Source of the DNA: Callorhinchus milii
Lineage: Eukaryota
Direction of reading: 5' to 3'
Assembly (NCBI RefSeq): GCF_018977255.1
Contig: NW_024705522.1
Coordinates: 1 to 37,296 of the forward strand
Length of the DNA stretch: 37,296 nt
The notes under the pieces: generated by a model
Told to the model about the DNA's origin: nothing
Seen by the model: the letters and a program-made list of their open reading frames with translations, nothing else
Databases searched by the model: none
Position numbers and translations under genes: made by a program
Shown here: positions 21,000-34,707 of the stretch, piece after piece
Layout of the letters: each line of letters begins with the position of its first letter
How positions within the stretch are numbered: the first letter of the stretch is position 1

Positions 21000-23900
21000 T
21001 GCGAAGGTGCCAGCTGCTACTGCACCACATTTCACTAAGAGCTGCTGTCAGCGACAGTTGCCTGACTGTGCACGGAACTCAATAGGGACTTGTCAATACA
21101 GGAGGACATGTGGCATATGGAGGGTGACTTCCTTGCTCAGGTCATCGCCCCAGTCAGCACCTGTGTGCTCGTTGGTGCCGGACGGTAACGCCGTGGTGAG
21201 CAGTGCCATGGGGGGGGGGGGGGAATTTCGATTGGCCATTCCTTTCATGGTATTTGTAGCCACCACAGCGGCCAAATGAGGGCTCTGAACGGGTTTGAGG
21301 GGCTGGTAACCTTGAACTAAATTACCACTAAACCACGTGAAAACTATATCCAACTAAGCTTGTGCCGGAGACCCCGAGGGGACAGGTGTCCATGACGTCT
21401 CCTGGCCAAACCCCATTTGGCGGAGCCAGGAGACTGAATCCTTGCCCTTGGGATCTTCCAGAAACAACAAAAAGCCACTGCGTGTGACCACGTGGAATAT
21501 TCAAACGCTCACTGCGGAGGAAAGTCTGCCACTACTCTGTCGGGAGCTGAACCGGTACCGCCTGGATCTCTGTGCTATTCAGGAAGTTCGGTGGACCGGT
21601 TCTGGCTCCTGCCACCGTGAGGGGTGGACAGTCCTCTACTCAGGACAGGAGACTGCCAAACAACAGGGAGTGGCACTTTTTCTGAATAAAAGAATGAAGG
21701 GGGCGTGGGAGCGTGGCGGTGAGGTGTGGGAAGCTGTAAGCCCCAGGATACTTTGGGCTTGCCTTCCCATCAACCGGAAGCGAGCAGTGGTGGTCGTGGT
21801 TATTAATGCCCCCACCGAAGATGAACATCAGTGGAGGGATGCAGACAAGGCCGATGAGTCAGATGCCTTCTATGATCTTCTGTCACAGGTGCTAGCTAAA
21901 GTGTTGGGTGACTTAATGCCCGAGTTGGTCATGATGGTAGGAGGCTGCTAGACTTTTGTGCAGCCCATGGGCTTGTAATTACCAATACGCTGTTCCAGCA
22001 TCGGTGGATCCGCACAACGTCATGGATGCACGCCGGGTCCAATCAAGAACATCTGCTGGACTATATAGTGATGGAACAGTGGATGCGGGCCCATGTCCTT
22101 CATACCAGGACCTACCGTGAAGCTGATCTGCCCACTGACCATGGGCTTGTCATCTATAAGATGTAACTGTCATTCTTCCACTCCGGTGGAGGGTGTACAC
22201 CCAGGACCCCATTCAAACCCACAGTGGCCTTGTCTCAGCTAGCTGATGAAAGTTGCAAGTGAGAATTTCATCATCGCTTGCAACTAGGGTTGGCATCGTC
22301 CCCCTCCTCCTGATGCCGAGGGGAAATGGGCGAGGTTTAGAACTGTGGCTCATACAGCTGCAATGGCTGCTTTGGTACACGGTCCAGACCTCCCAGAAAC
22401 CCTGGCTGAGAGAGGTGTTTAGGCTGGCTGACAAAAAGCGACAGGCCCACTCTCACCATCTACAGCATCCCACGTCAGAGAATGAGGAGGCTTACTGCAG
22501 CCTTCGCTCGGAGGTTTGCAGAGCCATGAGTCGCTGCATGGATAGGTGGTGGTCGCGGGTTGCTGAGGAGATCACTCTTTAATTCCATCAAAAAGTTACT
22601 TGCAGTACCACACCTATCACCATCATTAGGGGAAAAAACCGTGATCCAATCTCTGACCCCCAGGAACAGGTTTGCAGATATGCTGAGCATTTCTGTGAGG
22701 TCTTGGGGAAGGGAAATCCCTCAGCCTGGAAAACATCATGGGGCAAAGTGGGGATGACCCTGCTGAGGCTGCCGTGCCTCAAATATTGGAAGAAGTCACC
22801 CCCTGTGAGTGGCTGGCTGAGGTGCCATCTGTTGAGAAAGTACTGAAGACGATCCAGAGTTTGAGATCTTCCAAGCGAAATGCTGAGGGTGGCGTTTGTG
22901 CAAAGACTGCCCTACATGATATCATAACAACAGTCTGGACCACTAGACAGGTTCCGCAGGATTGGAAGGATGCCCTGGTGGTCCCCCTGTTTAAGAAGGG
23001 AGACCGCACAGACTGTAACAACTACAGGGGCATCTCACTCCTCAGTGTGCCGGGAAAGGTCCTGGCAATGATTATTCAACATCGCCTTGCTAGGCACACT
23101 GAGGAGAGGCTTGCGGGGCCCCAATGTGGTTTCAGGGAAGGGCAGTCCTGCACAGATGCCATTTTTTATGCCCGTCTGCTGCAGCAGAGGTGTAGGGAAT
23201 TCCAACAAGACCTACATCTGCTTTATTGACCTGGTCAAGGCCTATGATACCATCAGTAGGCCTGGGCTCTGGGTTGTTCTTCATGCTTTTTGAGTCCCTG
23301 ACTCTCTGCTCAAATCATTAAGGACCTTCATGATGGTGAGCGGGCCCGGGTAAAACTACGTGGCCAGGAGTCGGAGCCATTCCATGTTCATCTTGGGGTG
23401 TGACAGGGATGTCCTCTGGCTCCATATTATTTAACATCTATTTCGACCATGTAGTTCGTGAAGCCTACGATGTCTGTACCGGGGGATTTCCATCTAGTAC
23501 AGATACAATGGGGGGCTGATCGATGCCCGGGTGCGGTCAAGAAACGGCTCCCTATTGGTCAACCATGTTATGTATGCCGATGATTTGGTAATTGCTGCTC
23601 ACTCAGAGGAGGAGTTGGAGGCACTGCTGCTGAACCTGTAGTGTGCCACTAAGAGGTGGGGCTTATCATCAGCCCTACCAAAACTAAGCATCTGCCTGGG
23701 TATTTTGTACCATCAGACACTCCATCCCCACAACTCCCAATTGGTGATGGGGCAGTTATGGAGAGAGTGGAAAGTTTCCCATACCTGGGCAGTGTGCTCA
23801 TGATCAGCTCCGGTTTGACAGCAGAGGTCTCACTCCGAATCAGTCGAGCGGCATTATCTTTTCATCGGTTGCGTAACGCTGTGTGGAAGCTACCTGGTCT

Positions 23901-24860
23901 GTCGCTCCATACGAAGCTTCAGGTCTTCTCGGCCACAGTCATTCCCTCCCTTCTCTACGCTTGCAAAACGTGGACCCCCTAAATGGACATCTTTGCCAGT
24001 TAGAAACATTTAGGCTGGCCTGACTACGATCCATCCTGGGCCTAACCAGGCTGGATTGTGTGAGGAGCTCACAAATCCTTGAAAGATCTGAGCAAAGTCC
24101 CATCGGTGAGCTCCTCCGGCAGACAAGGCTGCGTTGGCTGGGTCATGTAGCCCGCATGCCTAGCTAGCGTATGCCTAAACAGCTTTTGTTCGGCCGGATA
24201 GAGGGTGCTAGATGGGTGCATTATGGGCTAGAGAAGAGATGGAGTGATGTGGTACAGGAGGACGTGGAGCTGAGTGGACTTGCTGATGACTGGTACCAGC
24301 GGTGTCAAGATCGGCCTCTGTGGAGGAGGCTCGTGGAGGATGCTCTACTGGGCACTTGGAGGCAGTCGCCCTCCAACAACAACGGAGGGCGGAGGAGCGA
24401 CGCTCACAACAACGAGCGGAGCGCCGGGTGGCTAAAGCACAGCAAGTTGGCACAGAGGGGGCACAGGTGGTGCATCAGCCAGTCATCTCAGTTCAGTCGA
24501 CCCGTGGCACCTGGGTCTGCCCCGTGACCTCCTGCCGGCAGGCATTCGACACTTCACGTGGCCTCACATGCATATAGCCTGGCACAAGCACCGTGGTGAA
24601 GTCACCGCCACTTAGTGGCGAATGATGGTTATTGTTGTACATTGTGTGCCTCTGTGTGCAATGTGTATGCTTATAGTTTGTGTATGAGAGCATGTAATGG
24701 TGATGCATATTGTGTACTGTGTGGGTCTAATGTGTGTGCATATTGTGTGTGATTGCACTGTGTGTGTAGGACAGTGTGACATAAGCATGTTTGTGGTTTT
24801 GTCTTTTTCAAGGCGTGTTGAGCTTCAACAGCACATAAGCACCCAATAAATGCAAATCCT
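21000..24860 (+). mobile_element. Decayed RTE-clade LINE (APE + RT)
   Basis: LRVTTWNIQTL, ELNRYRLDLCAIQEVRW, DWKDALVVPLFKKGDRTDCNNYRGISLLSVPGK, QCGFR, FIDLVKAYD, YADD (~23573), FPYLGS, LRWLGHVARM, PKQLLFG. Many stops and frameshifts. aataaa near 24845; 5' boundary approximate. Confidence 0.9.
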
Positions 24861-25835
24861 TAACCTGAACTCAGATGAGGCACGGGTAAGACAATAACAA
24901 CCTTCTAACTCCGTTTTACAACAATTATACAACCATCATGCTCTATAGTGTAAGTGTGTCAAAGGTGGAGCTGTTGTGTAGTACTTAGCCCACCGTGCTG
25001 GATTCCATCTGAATTCAATTCACAGCCAGGGCTAACATCAGTAGTGAATATCTGACCCAGTTTTTGACCTCCCCTCGGTCAACTGAGCCTTAAACGAGTA
25101 CCAGGTAAAGTGTGTAAACATTAGCGGGGCCTGGGGCGGTCACTCCGATTCGCCGTATGCGAGGGACAGAAAGTCTGGTCTCAGCCACTGTGGAACTTAA
25201 AAGTGTCGAGATGGTTCATGAGGCCAATGCTCACAGCAGAGAAATGAGGCAACAGCACTGAGAACCTGGCTATCATATCCAGGTCTCAGCCATATATAAT
25301 TATGAAAACATGTTTCTGAAGCTCAGTGAATTGATGGTTTTATCGAATGACTTAGAAAAAAATCTATTTTGTTAAATTAGATTCACATTTCAGATGTGAG
25401 AATTAAAACTGTCAGCGTAATTGTCAATCAGTGGCATGAATGAGTGCCGTTTAATGTTGACGAGAGAAGGCTACTGAAGTGACTCAAGAAATAGTTCTGT
25501 AGATATCTTCCAAGGTCATGCCCTGACAATGTGATTTACCGTGAGAATTTCAGATCAACGTAGCTTTGTCTCATAATATTACGCAAACACTGCAATGTGG
25601 AATATTATAACGTAAAAGTCTCTGTATGCAGGAACGCCTCATTGATGCCTAAAGATTGCATTTATGAGGGTTCTGCTACGTTGAGATGTTTGGCCAATTA
25701 TGTTAACGAGCATTTGGCACGTGGGAAACAAACTGGAGTACTGGGAGAAAACATACACAAGGGGAAAACACTCAAAGCTACACATAGAGTCAACAATCCT
25801 TTGCTGTACTGCCACCTATCAGCCCAAATTTACAA

Positions 25836-25901
25836 ACCCTGGTGTAGTCTCCCATTAGCACGTACTAACCAGGCTCAAACCTGCTTAGCCGAGATCTGGA
25901 C
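25836..25901 (-). pseudogene. 5S rRNA-derived fragment
   Basis: Minus strand gatctcggctaagcaggtttgagcctggttagtacgtgctaatgggagac resembles the 5S internal control region. Confidence 0.6.
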
Positions 25902-26667
25902 TAAAATTAGACACAGGAGTAACAAATTAGACACAGGAGTAACAAACTGGGACATCTCTGCTGCAGCTGCTGCAGGAGAGGGTTGCTTACTCTCGTTCCG
26001 TCTCCGGTAACCCTTCGTGTACCGTAACAGCGTGCTGTCGAATCAATTACAAAACCACCAGTGGTCACGGTAGCGGCTTGTGTGCAGCACTAATGAGCGG
26101 GCTGAGGGCACCGACCCGATATGCACGGGGATTGTTTTAATCTCAGGGGTCAACCTGAGGCTTGAATCCGTGATCACAGACTTGTCGGCCGACTACATTG
26201 ATATTGACGATAGCACCTCCGAGTCATCCAGCCACATCGTCTGATAATTAGGTTTCACGTTTGCACATGAATCAATCATTCATGTCAAATGAGCTTTTGC
26301 ACTGAATTGAGGAGAAAGGCAAAATTATATCAATAGAACATTGCGTCCTATCTACCTCCTGCTTATGATGTAACTATTAAACCTGATGCGTTGAATTGAG
26401 AGTTACAAGATCGGCTGTAGAAACGTTAAGCATTAGTAGTTATTTAAATTATGTAGTATCTCTGATTAATTGGCGAGTGCTCTAATGAAGGTATTTTACT
26501 GGTTTGTATTTTCCCCGTACCTGAGGTAAGGTGCCCTCATTACGACTGCTATGTGTTGACATTAAAATGTTGACATTTGAGAAGTTTGTAACAAACAAAA
26601 AAGGTCTGGCTGGGTGGCGCTGTGCTCTGCATTTTTTTTCAGCAATCCACAGGACTAGATGGGAGAT

Positions 26668-27010
26668 CATGGGACCTCCTTTGCCAGTACCAAAATATGA
26701 GAAGAGGTTTTCCCCTTTTTATGGCAACAAAACAGGTGTTAAGATGTCAAAACACCAAACTGAAACATTTTTAAAGGAATCATATCAGCATTAACTACAA
26801 TACTTGTGGTCAGAATGCAAACAAAAAATACTCTGATAATATATGCATTGTCTTTGAAACGGATTGGTCCACACCAGAGACAGCTGTCTTTCGAGCCTAG
26901 TTTCATACGGTGTTAGACCAGAGGACGCCAAAAGACTGTACGCCTTTTTACGGTTGTGCTGTACGGCTTCCTGAAGAGCGTTCCCGTTGGTACCAGGTGT
27001 TCTCCGGCAA
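26668..27010. repeat. Dispersed repeat family (DNA-transposon-like), copy 1
   Basis: ~26700-26930 matches 32100-32330 directly; 26668-26720 matches 32750-32803 in inverse orientation. Confidence 0.7.
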
Positions 27011-28440
27011 AAAATGACAGATATTTTAATCTGCCTGGCCGAACGAAATGCGGCGCAAACCGCAAAACTAATCAAAGAGCTACGAAACTATGAGCGGCAG
27101 AATCTAGCGATCGCACATCACAAATTCTAAGTAAAGATTTCATGAAGGGGGCCATGGCGCAAATGCAATGTAGAGCATTCCAGGAAAATACTGTAATTAA
27201 TTAAATCCTCAAAAACAATGTTTATTGAGGATTTGGCAAGCAAAGCCAGAATGGCTAAAGCATCATTAAACCCGCGGGCAGGGCACGTAAAAAAAACATA
27301 TTTTTACCAAATCGAGGCTGAAATTGAAAACGCACCTTTATTACACTGCCAAACTAAATTTGCATTTTGCATTTGTTACGCTTGCGTCGTTATTTGCAAT
27401 TTAAATGATATTCCATTAAACTTCCTACGTTTTTTTTCTTCATGAAAAGGCAAAGAGATGTTAGCATAATGTTTTCTCTGAATCTGAGACCCGGGTTACA
27501 TTTTAAGCAATGATTGGTCATCATCATTATTATTATCAGAAAAATACTGGAAGTAGATTTTATATTTACTTCATCGCCATCACCAGCCATGCACAATCCA
27601 CTGCTGAATAATGACCTCCCCACAATCGTGTGATGTAATATTCCAACTAGCAACTGCACATGAGCTGATTTCATCACTCCATCTCCATGGCAGCTGTAGT
27701 CTTCCAATGGCATATCCTGCCCAGGCCCACTTGCTTTTCCTAAGAGACTTACGTTAATTGAATTTGCGCCTAAATGCAACTTGCATTTCAAGGCACAGCT
27801 GTGATCCCAGGTTAACAGATCAAGCATTTTGTTATCGTGCATGAGACTCTTATAAGGTGGTAGACAAAAGACGTCGTTGACGTGAAGGCACGCAACGCCA
27901 TTCAAATTGTCACAATTTGGGGTCTTGATTCAATGCAAGAGTAGCAGCACCTCTCGTGCCTGCCCAGGTTACGTTACCCAACTGTGTATGATGTCACGTG
28001 GACATGGATCTATTATTAAACGTACGAATCCATTCATTGATCATCAGCATAAGAATTGGTTTAAATAAAGTAAGAGATTAGATCTGTACTGACCTATAGT
28101 TACAGATGAAAAAACAAAATTAACAGTAGCACCTCACATCCAAAATACTCAAAACGAAATTGACCAACATTGGGTTATCATTAAAAATGTAAGCGTTCAT
28201 CGATTATCAATATCCGCATCAATTGCATTGCATGTTGTTTTTAAACCTCGTTATTTGGACCACAACATATGGTCTGTACCTGCCAATGCGGATATTACAG
28301 GGTCTTTAACAGCAAACTGCACGCTGCAACATTACCAAGCTCCTACAATGAAGGGAATAAAAAGCTTGACCCCAAGACGCTGGTGTATGCCACAGGTCCA
28401 TCCTCATCGGGTGTGATTAGTCACGCGTTGCGCAAGGTTC

Positions 28441-28561
28441 GCCCACGACCAAATCCTTCTGGATGCACCCGGTCTCATTAAACATCAGAAGCTAAGCAGG
28501 GGTCAAGCCAGGATAGTGCCTTGATAGGAGACCACCATGCTTAAAACAGGCGTTGTAGGTT
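28441..28561 (+). pseudogene. Full-length degenerate 5S rRNA copy (pseudogene or SINE3 head)
   Basis: gcccacgacca...gcacccggtctc...gaagctaagcaggggtcaagccaggatagt...ggagaccacc...gttgtaggtt is colinear with the ~120-nt eukaryotic 5S rRNA. Confidence 0.7.
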
Positions 28562-29966
28562 GCTACGGTGCTACGTTGTCAGCAAAGGGCAGGGTACATG
28601 GGAGCAAAATCCATTGTTGAACTGTACTATGCGACAACATCCATGTACCCCATCTTCACCGAATCGCACTGACTGGTGCGATAAAATACGGTCAAAATAA
28701 CCCCCGCGACCCACACCGCGCCATGGCGAGGCCTCCATCCAACAGTGGATTAACAATGGGGCTGTAAATGTTGCACGTGCATGCAAGGCACAATCGGTCA
28801 TTTGTCAGAAACGTCCGCTGGACGGCTCATGGTCCAGGCGATATGGGGACGACGGAGGGGGGTGGTGGGGTGAGGCAAGAGGAGGAAGGTGTCCCTGGGG
28901 GTGTCGGCAGCGGCGGCGGCGGAGTGAGGGATGGGAGCTGGGACTGGCTCGAGTCTAATCTGCACGGGGTGTACCGCCACCGGCGAGGGTGGACAATAGC
29001 AGCCTTTGTGCTCGCTCTTAGGCACATTGGGACCATTGCGCTGAGCCCCACCCCACCCCTCTACAACGCACGGAATTTGACAGCCGCACGCTTTTATACG
29101 CGCGCCAAGTGGGCTTCCAGAATGATCTTTTCTGGCCACTAAACGCAGCTGCAGCTTGCACATTTCAGTTTGCTCTTGCGTCCGTGTATAAACCGGTGTG
29201 TGCGTGCGTGCGTGCGACATGCACATGAGATGAAATGCTTGCGCGGTAATTGGCATAATGGGCCAAAATGAAGCCATTACAATTGACATTCCGATCTCAC
29301 CTGCACCACTGTCCTCCTTGATGCAGCCATGCGAAGGCGTTAAAATTAAATTGGGTCATTAGTCGTACGGAATAAGGCGTTTGTGGTGGTGCACGCCTGA
29401 CATTCAGCCACCGATACGCCTCCGAGGGACAGTACAGCAAGTAGAATGATGTTTTTTGAGGGGTGTAATTCTTTTACGTGCGTGACTTTTCTCTGGGGAC
29501 TGGAGTTTCCTGCCAGGAGCCTCCGGATGCAGGGTCTTGACACCAATTCAAGCTTTTCTGGGTCAATAAAAGATTAAAAACATCGAGTGACAATTCACAC
29601 TCTGTTGTCAATGTAATGTTAGTCGTGGGGGTTGCTTAATAAAAATAATATACTTCACCATGCTGGTCAATGCGTGTTACTGAGGGGGTAGGAGGGGGGC
29701 CTAAGGCTGGTTCAGATTTTCACTCGCTAATGATCTTATCCATGGCCTGGAATCGAACTCTGGTGGCTGCATTTATAGCACAGCACATGGTCTTCTCCAC
29801 CACCAACGGTCTGTTGTTAACATTTCAACATCCGTGCCTATTCAGTGAGCATGTTTGTACAAACGTTTCTATCACGTTATTGAAGCGTTTAATAATGCAT
29901 GTTCACACGTTTAATGACAAGGAGGTGCTTGCAAACTAAGCGGAGTCTGTACTCGGCAGTGGACAC

Positions 29967-30652
29967 GAGGGATGAACGATGAATCGATTTCGAATCTAAA
30001 TCGCAATTTGAAGCAATGCGATTAGCAAATCGCAAAGACTGCGGATTTTTGCGATTTGAAAAGTCCGATTACTTTCTGATTGGAATTGTTTCATTTTTAT
30101 TACTATAACTTTATTTATTTAACTTAACAATTGTTCTATGTTTGATTGTTCTATTTCAATTAAAACATTTTAATAAATACATGTTGGAAGCAATTCATAT
30201 ACAGTAAAACCTTGGATTGCGAGCATAATTCGTTCTGAAACGTGTTTGTGATCCAAAGCACTCGTATATCAAAGCACTCGTATATCAGTTGTGATCACGT
30301 GACGCTCGGCAGACAAAGCGTATACACGTACTACTCGTATTGCAAGACCTCGCTCGTTTATCAAATTTATATTTATTTAAAAAAATTGCTCGTCTTGCAA
30401 AACACTTGCAGACCAAGTTACTCGCAATCCAAGGTTTTAACTGTATTTTAAGTTCTCATCCTTGCATTCGAATATTTAGAGCAGCTCATATTTTGATGGT
30501 ATCATGTGGTAATGCTCCATCACATGTTTGAAATCTATTACACAGTGAATTTTTAACTGAAGCTTGACTTTAAAAAATGTAATCGCAAATCAAATCGTAA
30601 TCTCTGTCAGAAAAAACGCAATTAGATATTTTCCCAAAATCGTTCAGCCCTA
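29967..30652. mobile_element. hAT-type MITE containing a nested Tc1/mariner MITE
   Basis: TIRs gagggatgaacgat / atcgttcagcccta; perfect 8-bp TSD gtggacac at 29959-29966 and 30653-30660. Confidence 0.85.
30202..30443. mobile_element. Tc1/mariner (Tigger-like) MITE, internally deleted
   Basis: TA|cagtaaaaccttggattgcgag ... ctcgcaatccaaggttttaactg|TA. Confidence 0.85.
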
Positions 30653-30845
30653 GTGGACACTGTCCTGTCGGGATTGATGAAGCATGCCGTCTCCTTCTCC
30701 GCCTGCCTCTGTGTTTCTTCCATCGTCTGTCTTCTCGCCGTCATGCCCCCTCTCTCTTCCCCCTACCTCCTTCACACGCGTGTGCCCCGAGTGTCGCCTA
30801 GCAGCAACAATGCCACTGTTATCCTTAAGGGAACTGTGAACTTAG

Positions 30846-31011
30846 CTGGGTGTCGTACCTTGACACGAGGCTTTTGGGCACTGCGCTTATGGACGTGGCA
30901 ACTCGCATCGGTTGGAGTGCGATCTCTGAACCAGTCCCGTTCCCCGCCCCTTCAATGACCCACATCGACCTGCTCCAAGGGGAGTTCTTCGTCCAGCGGT
31001 GGATTGACGAA
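30846..31011 (+). CDS. Possible further exon of the RNF17-like gene
   Basis: Open GC-rich frame ...EPVPFPAPSMTHIDLLQGEFFVQRWIDE resembles the ..FYVQ start of an extended Tudor domain; splice sites are ambiguous. Confidence 0.3.
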
Positions 31012-31178
31012 GTGTTTGTGAATTGTTATGGCTCATTAATTTAGAAGACACTGACGTGACAATCTAACGTACCCTGGCGGTTAAGTGATATTGAAATACG
31101 TTCTTCGCGTTACTCTTGTAGCTGACATATCAAGCAACGCTCATGATGTGGCACAGAGGAAGAGGCCTTCATCCATTC

Positions 31179-31333
31179 TAGATTTGAAGTTTTCGTGATG
31201 CAGGGATCCATACTCTTTGGTTATTTCGGTAAAGTCACGTAGGTATAAAATTAAAATAAATTAAATCACGATGTTTCGATTGCAACACAAGCAATCATCA
31301 TCAGGTGTGAAAACTACAGCAAGAATATTTTTT
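31179..31333 (-). mobile_element. Single-arm Penelope-related hammerhead mini-element
   Basis: Terminus plus hammerhead motif (31267-31307; cac-CTGATGA...GAAACATC-gtg, one core change). Possible TSD ttcatcca(t/c)tc at 31168-31178 and 31334-31344. Confidence 0.75.
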
Positions 31334-32099
31334 TTCATCCACTCGTGCCGAGACACAGGGTTGTGTAAGTTACTATTCTTATAAACCTAGCACCGAAGTT
31401 TTCGCAGCCGCTTGTAATCCAAGCGTGGTTTTCCCGGCTTGGGCCACGTCTTCAGAATTTCTTTTCTCGAGCTTTCACCGTGCACTGCTGCAGACATCAG
31501 GAATCGAATAAAACTCCCTGACGACCCGCAGAATCCGCCCCTGGCTTACCATTATTATATTTTTGACATATATCCAAAGCATACCTCCACCAGGCTGTGA
31601 CTTATCTCCAGCAGCTGCTTTAGGCTAACTATCGAACAAAGACGGTCGCTGCGTCGTGCGCTTTCAAATGCGCTTCTGCGGCCGTCTGGAATGCTCTTGC
31701 TTCTGATAACCAAGCACTGCAGCTATGCACTTGTAAATCTAGACGGAAAACGAATTCCTTCAGAACTGCTTTTTGTGTTTAATTTGCTGACCCCCCCCCT
31801 CCCGTACCTCCGATAAGCACCGTTGGCTACGTACGGTGCGAAAAAAGTTCAACATACATGCGTCACTGTTCCTGCACATGCTCCACTCCACACTCGCACT
31901 TGCCTGGGCTTGTATCTCAGCATGTGGGCCTGCAGGGTAGCGTCTCCTAGCAATTGTCTGGGTGCCCCCCACCCCACCCACCCCACCCCACCTCCAGGCA
32001 CTGCTGGGCATTTGTCGTCGCTTGCTGATCGACAGGGGCGGAGGAGAAGGGCGTGATGAGCATGGGAGCCTATTGGCTGTCGCATAGTTCAATCAAACA

Positions 32100-32370
32100 A
32101 TGAGAATACGTTTTCCCCTTTTTTCTGGCAACAAAACAGGTGTTGAGATGTTAAAACCAAACTAAACCTTTTACAAGGAATCATGTCTGCATTTACCACA
32201 ATACTTGTGGTCAGAATGCAAAAAAACATACTCTGATAATATATGCATTGTCTTTGAAACTGATTGGTCGACACCAGAGACAGCTTTATTTTGAGCCTCG
32301 TCTCAAACGGTGTTAGATCAAAAGGCGTCCTCTGGTCTAACACATCTTAACACCTGTTTTGTTGCAGAAT
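32100..32370. repeat. Dispersed repeat family, copy 2
   Basis: Homologous to 26700-26930; ends with an inverted copy of its own start (acatcttaacacctgttttgttgcag). Confidence 0.7.
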
Positions 32371-33476
32371 AAACTCCTTTAAAAGTGTTTTTTTAAACAA
32401 CGGTTTTATTAACAATTTTGTTTAACTCACGGTCGAGAAGTACGTCAGTGGCGTCTGAGACACGCGGCGCCTGCGTTTTGTGTGAGCCGATTCCACAGTT
32501 TAGGGACCGCGGCGTTTTTAACCTACACAAAAATATATAAATAATAGAGCGTCCATACAAAATGTCAATTGCTTTAAAATAGCAAATTATTGATTAATTG
32601 TATGCCGATTTTGATACAGGCAGCATTGTCACCGGATCTGAGTATGTGTGCAAAATGTGGAATTGATTGGACAACGGGAAGTGGACGAAATTGTGAGCAC
32701 AAGATTTGACCACGACAAACAGAGGAATCAAGTTAAGTAAAACTGTTGGAAAAAGGGGAAAACCCATTCTCATATTTTGGTACTGGCAAAGGAGGTCCCA
32801 TGATCAATCAAACAATTATATGCATTTCTCTGAAGGTAGGAAAAAATATTGCATAGGCTACGTGTAACGCTCTCCAACGAGCGTTTGTCTTTGGCGGTGC
32901 ACAATTAGCGGTGTGGAAGCAGATGGGTAGCTGCCAAGGTAAAAAGCGATTGCGTATTAGCAATTGTAGTGTCGTTAGTTCTGCTCTGGTTTGTATCATT
33001 CAGGTTTTGGACAACTCTTTCATCCATTTGGTCAGTTATCATGAGATAAGTGACTTCATAGCAACACGGCTTTATACGAAAGGTTCGTTAACATTGGATC
33101 ATCTTTATGATAGTTGTCGTGATTCCGGACGGGGACGGACATACAGCACTCTGTATTACTGCTTTGAACAATGAGTTGTAAATCATTGATGAAAATGTGA
33201 TTGTTTCTTGACATCATTTAATCTTGGGGGGAAGTAAAATATTTCAGCAGGATTTTAAAACATGTTGGAACTGTACTGCAGACAGAATATCGATGTAGTG
33301 TAACCTCACTGTGTTGCGATTGATCGATTATTATCCTTGCTTATCCCCTCATTTACCCCAAATGCTACTCTGATTGGGGAGGCAACACACTATGATAGCC
33401 CCGTTCGTAATACTGTACAATACCAATTCTAATAAAGGTTTGCAAAAATGTACTCAGGTTTAATTAATTTAACCAG

Positions 33477-34204
33477 TGCTACGGACATGACCAATGGCTC
33501 TTGTGTACTTTGAAGCCAAAGACTGTGCACCAGCATGGACCAGAAGCAGTCGCACTCCACTCATCGATGTCCGATTGAACACTGCAATCGGTGTATCGAT
33601 GGCACCTCAAGTCGACCCCAACACTCTGGCTGCCTGCGCTGTCAAAATCTCTTCCCCACCCATCCTCCGCAACGCTGCAACCCTCCGGGAAGTCCTCCGA
33701 AATCGAGGAAAACAGTCTCCTTCCCATTTATCAGAATTTCAATAACCTCCTTCGGCATCACTTGAAGTCACGCAAAGCCCTTTTGGACCCAAGCGCTTAA
33801 CTTTAAACAACGTGAATTCAACCCCGGTGAAAGCTGGAGAGCTGAATGGAGTTCAAAATAACTCACAAACAAACACCACCTTGTGAAAGACCCAACACAG
33901 AATATCCCTGGGTTTGATCTTCCAGAAAGCTCATGGTCGACCCTAAATCGCATCCGCACAAACCATGGCAGAAACGGATATCTGATGCACAAATGTAAAA
34001 TTAAAAACTCTCCAGTGTGTGACTGTGGCCATCCAGAACAGACCATACGACATATAACGATGCAATGACCGTTTCCACAACTACGAAGGACACATCACGG
34101 TGATAGACTCCGCTGCTCCTAATGCAGTTGTCTGCCTTGACCACCTGCATGTGAGATTGAGTTGTTGCTCGGCATCTACATCAGCAGCCATAGGAAAGAA
34201 GAAG
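33477..34204 (+). mobile_element. 3' fragment of a Vingi/Ingi-like LINE
   Basis: CAPAW..S....IDVRLN, KSTPTLWLPALS, WSTLNRIRTNHGR, CDCG..EQTIRHI (zinc knuckle). (aag)n tail. 9-bp TSD tttaaccag at 33468-33476 and 34205-34213. Confidence 0.75.
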
Positions 34205-34231
34205 TTTAACCAGGTGAGTCTATAATAATTG

Positions 34232-34511
34232 TTTTTTACCCTTCTATCTGGCAACAAAACTGACACCTTTTTACGAGGAGTCATGTTTGCATAGACCACA
34301 ATACCTGCCGTCATAATGCATCTGGTCCAACCCATGTGAGACTGGGCTCTGGGGAAGGCTGTCTCGGGTGTGGACCAGTCAACTTCAAGGACAGTGCACA
34401 TTATCAGAGTTATGTTTTTTATTTGCATTATGACTGCAGGTATTGTGGTCTATGCAAACATGACTCCTTGTAAAAAGGTGTCAGTTTTGCTGCCAGATAG
34501 AAGGGCAAAAA
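34232..34511. mobile_element. MITE-like element with ~90-bp terminal inverted repeats
   Basis: 34232-34320 is the reverse complement of 34423-34511; distantly similar to the 26700/32100 family. Confidence 0.75.
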
Positions 34512-34707
34512 ACCAATTATCATATTTTTACTGGCAAATGAGGTTCCAATGGTGCAGGGGAGTCTAATTTGCAAGTCATGTGGCTCACCAAAATTAAATT
34601 ACATATGGGCCTTTTACTTAACTGTATACTATCTCAATGGGTGTCCAAATGCAATTTTTACCTTATTCTTTATTATAATCCTACCATTATATCAACTGAA
34701 CTTCAGA

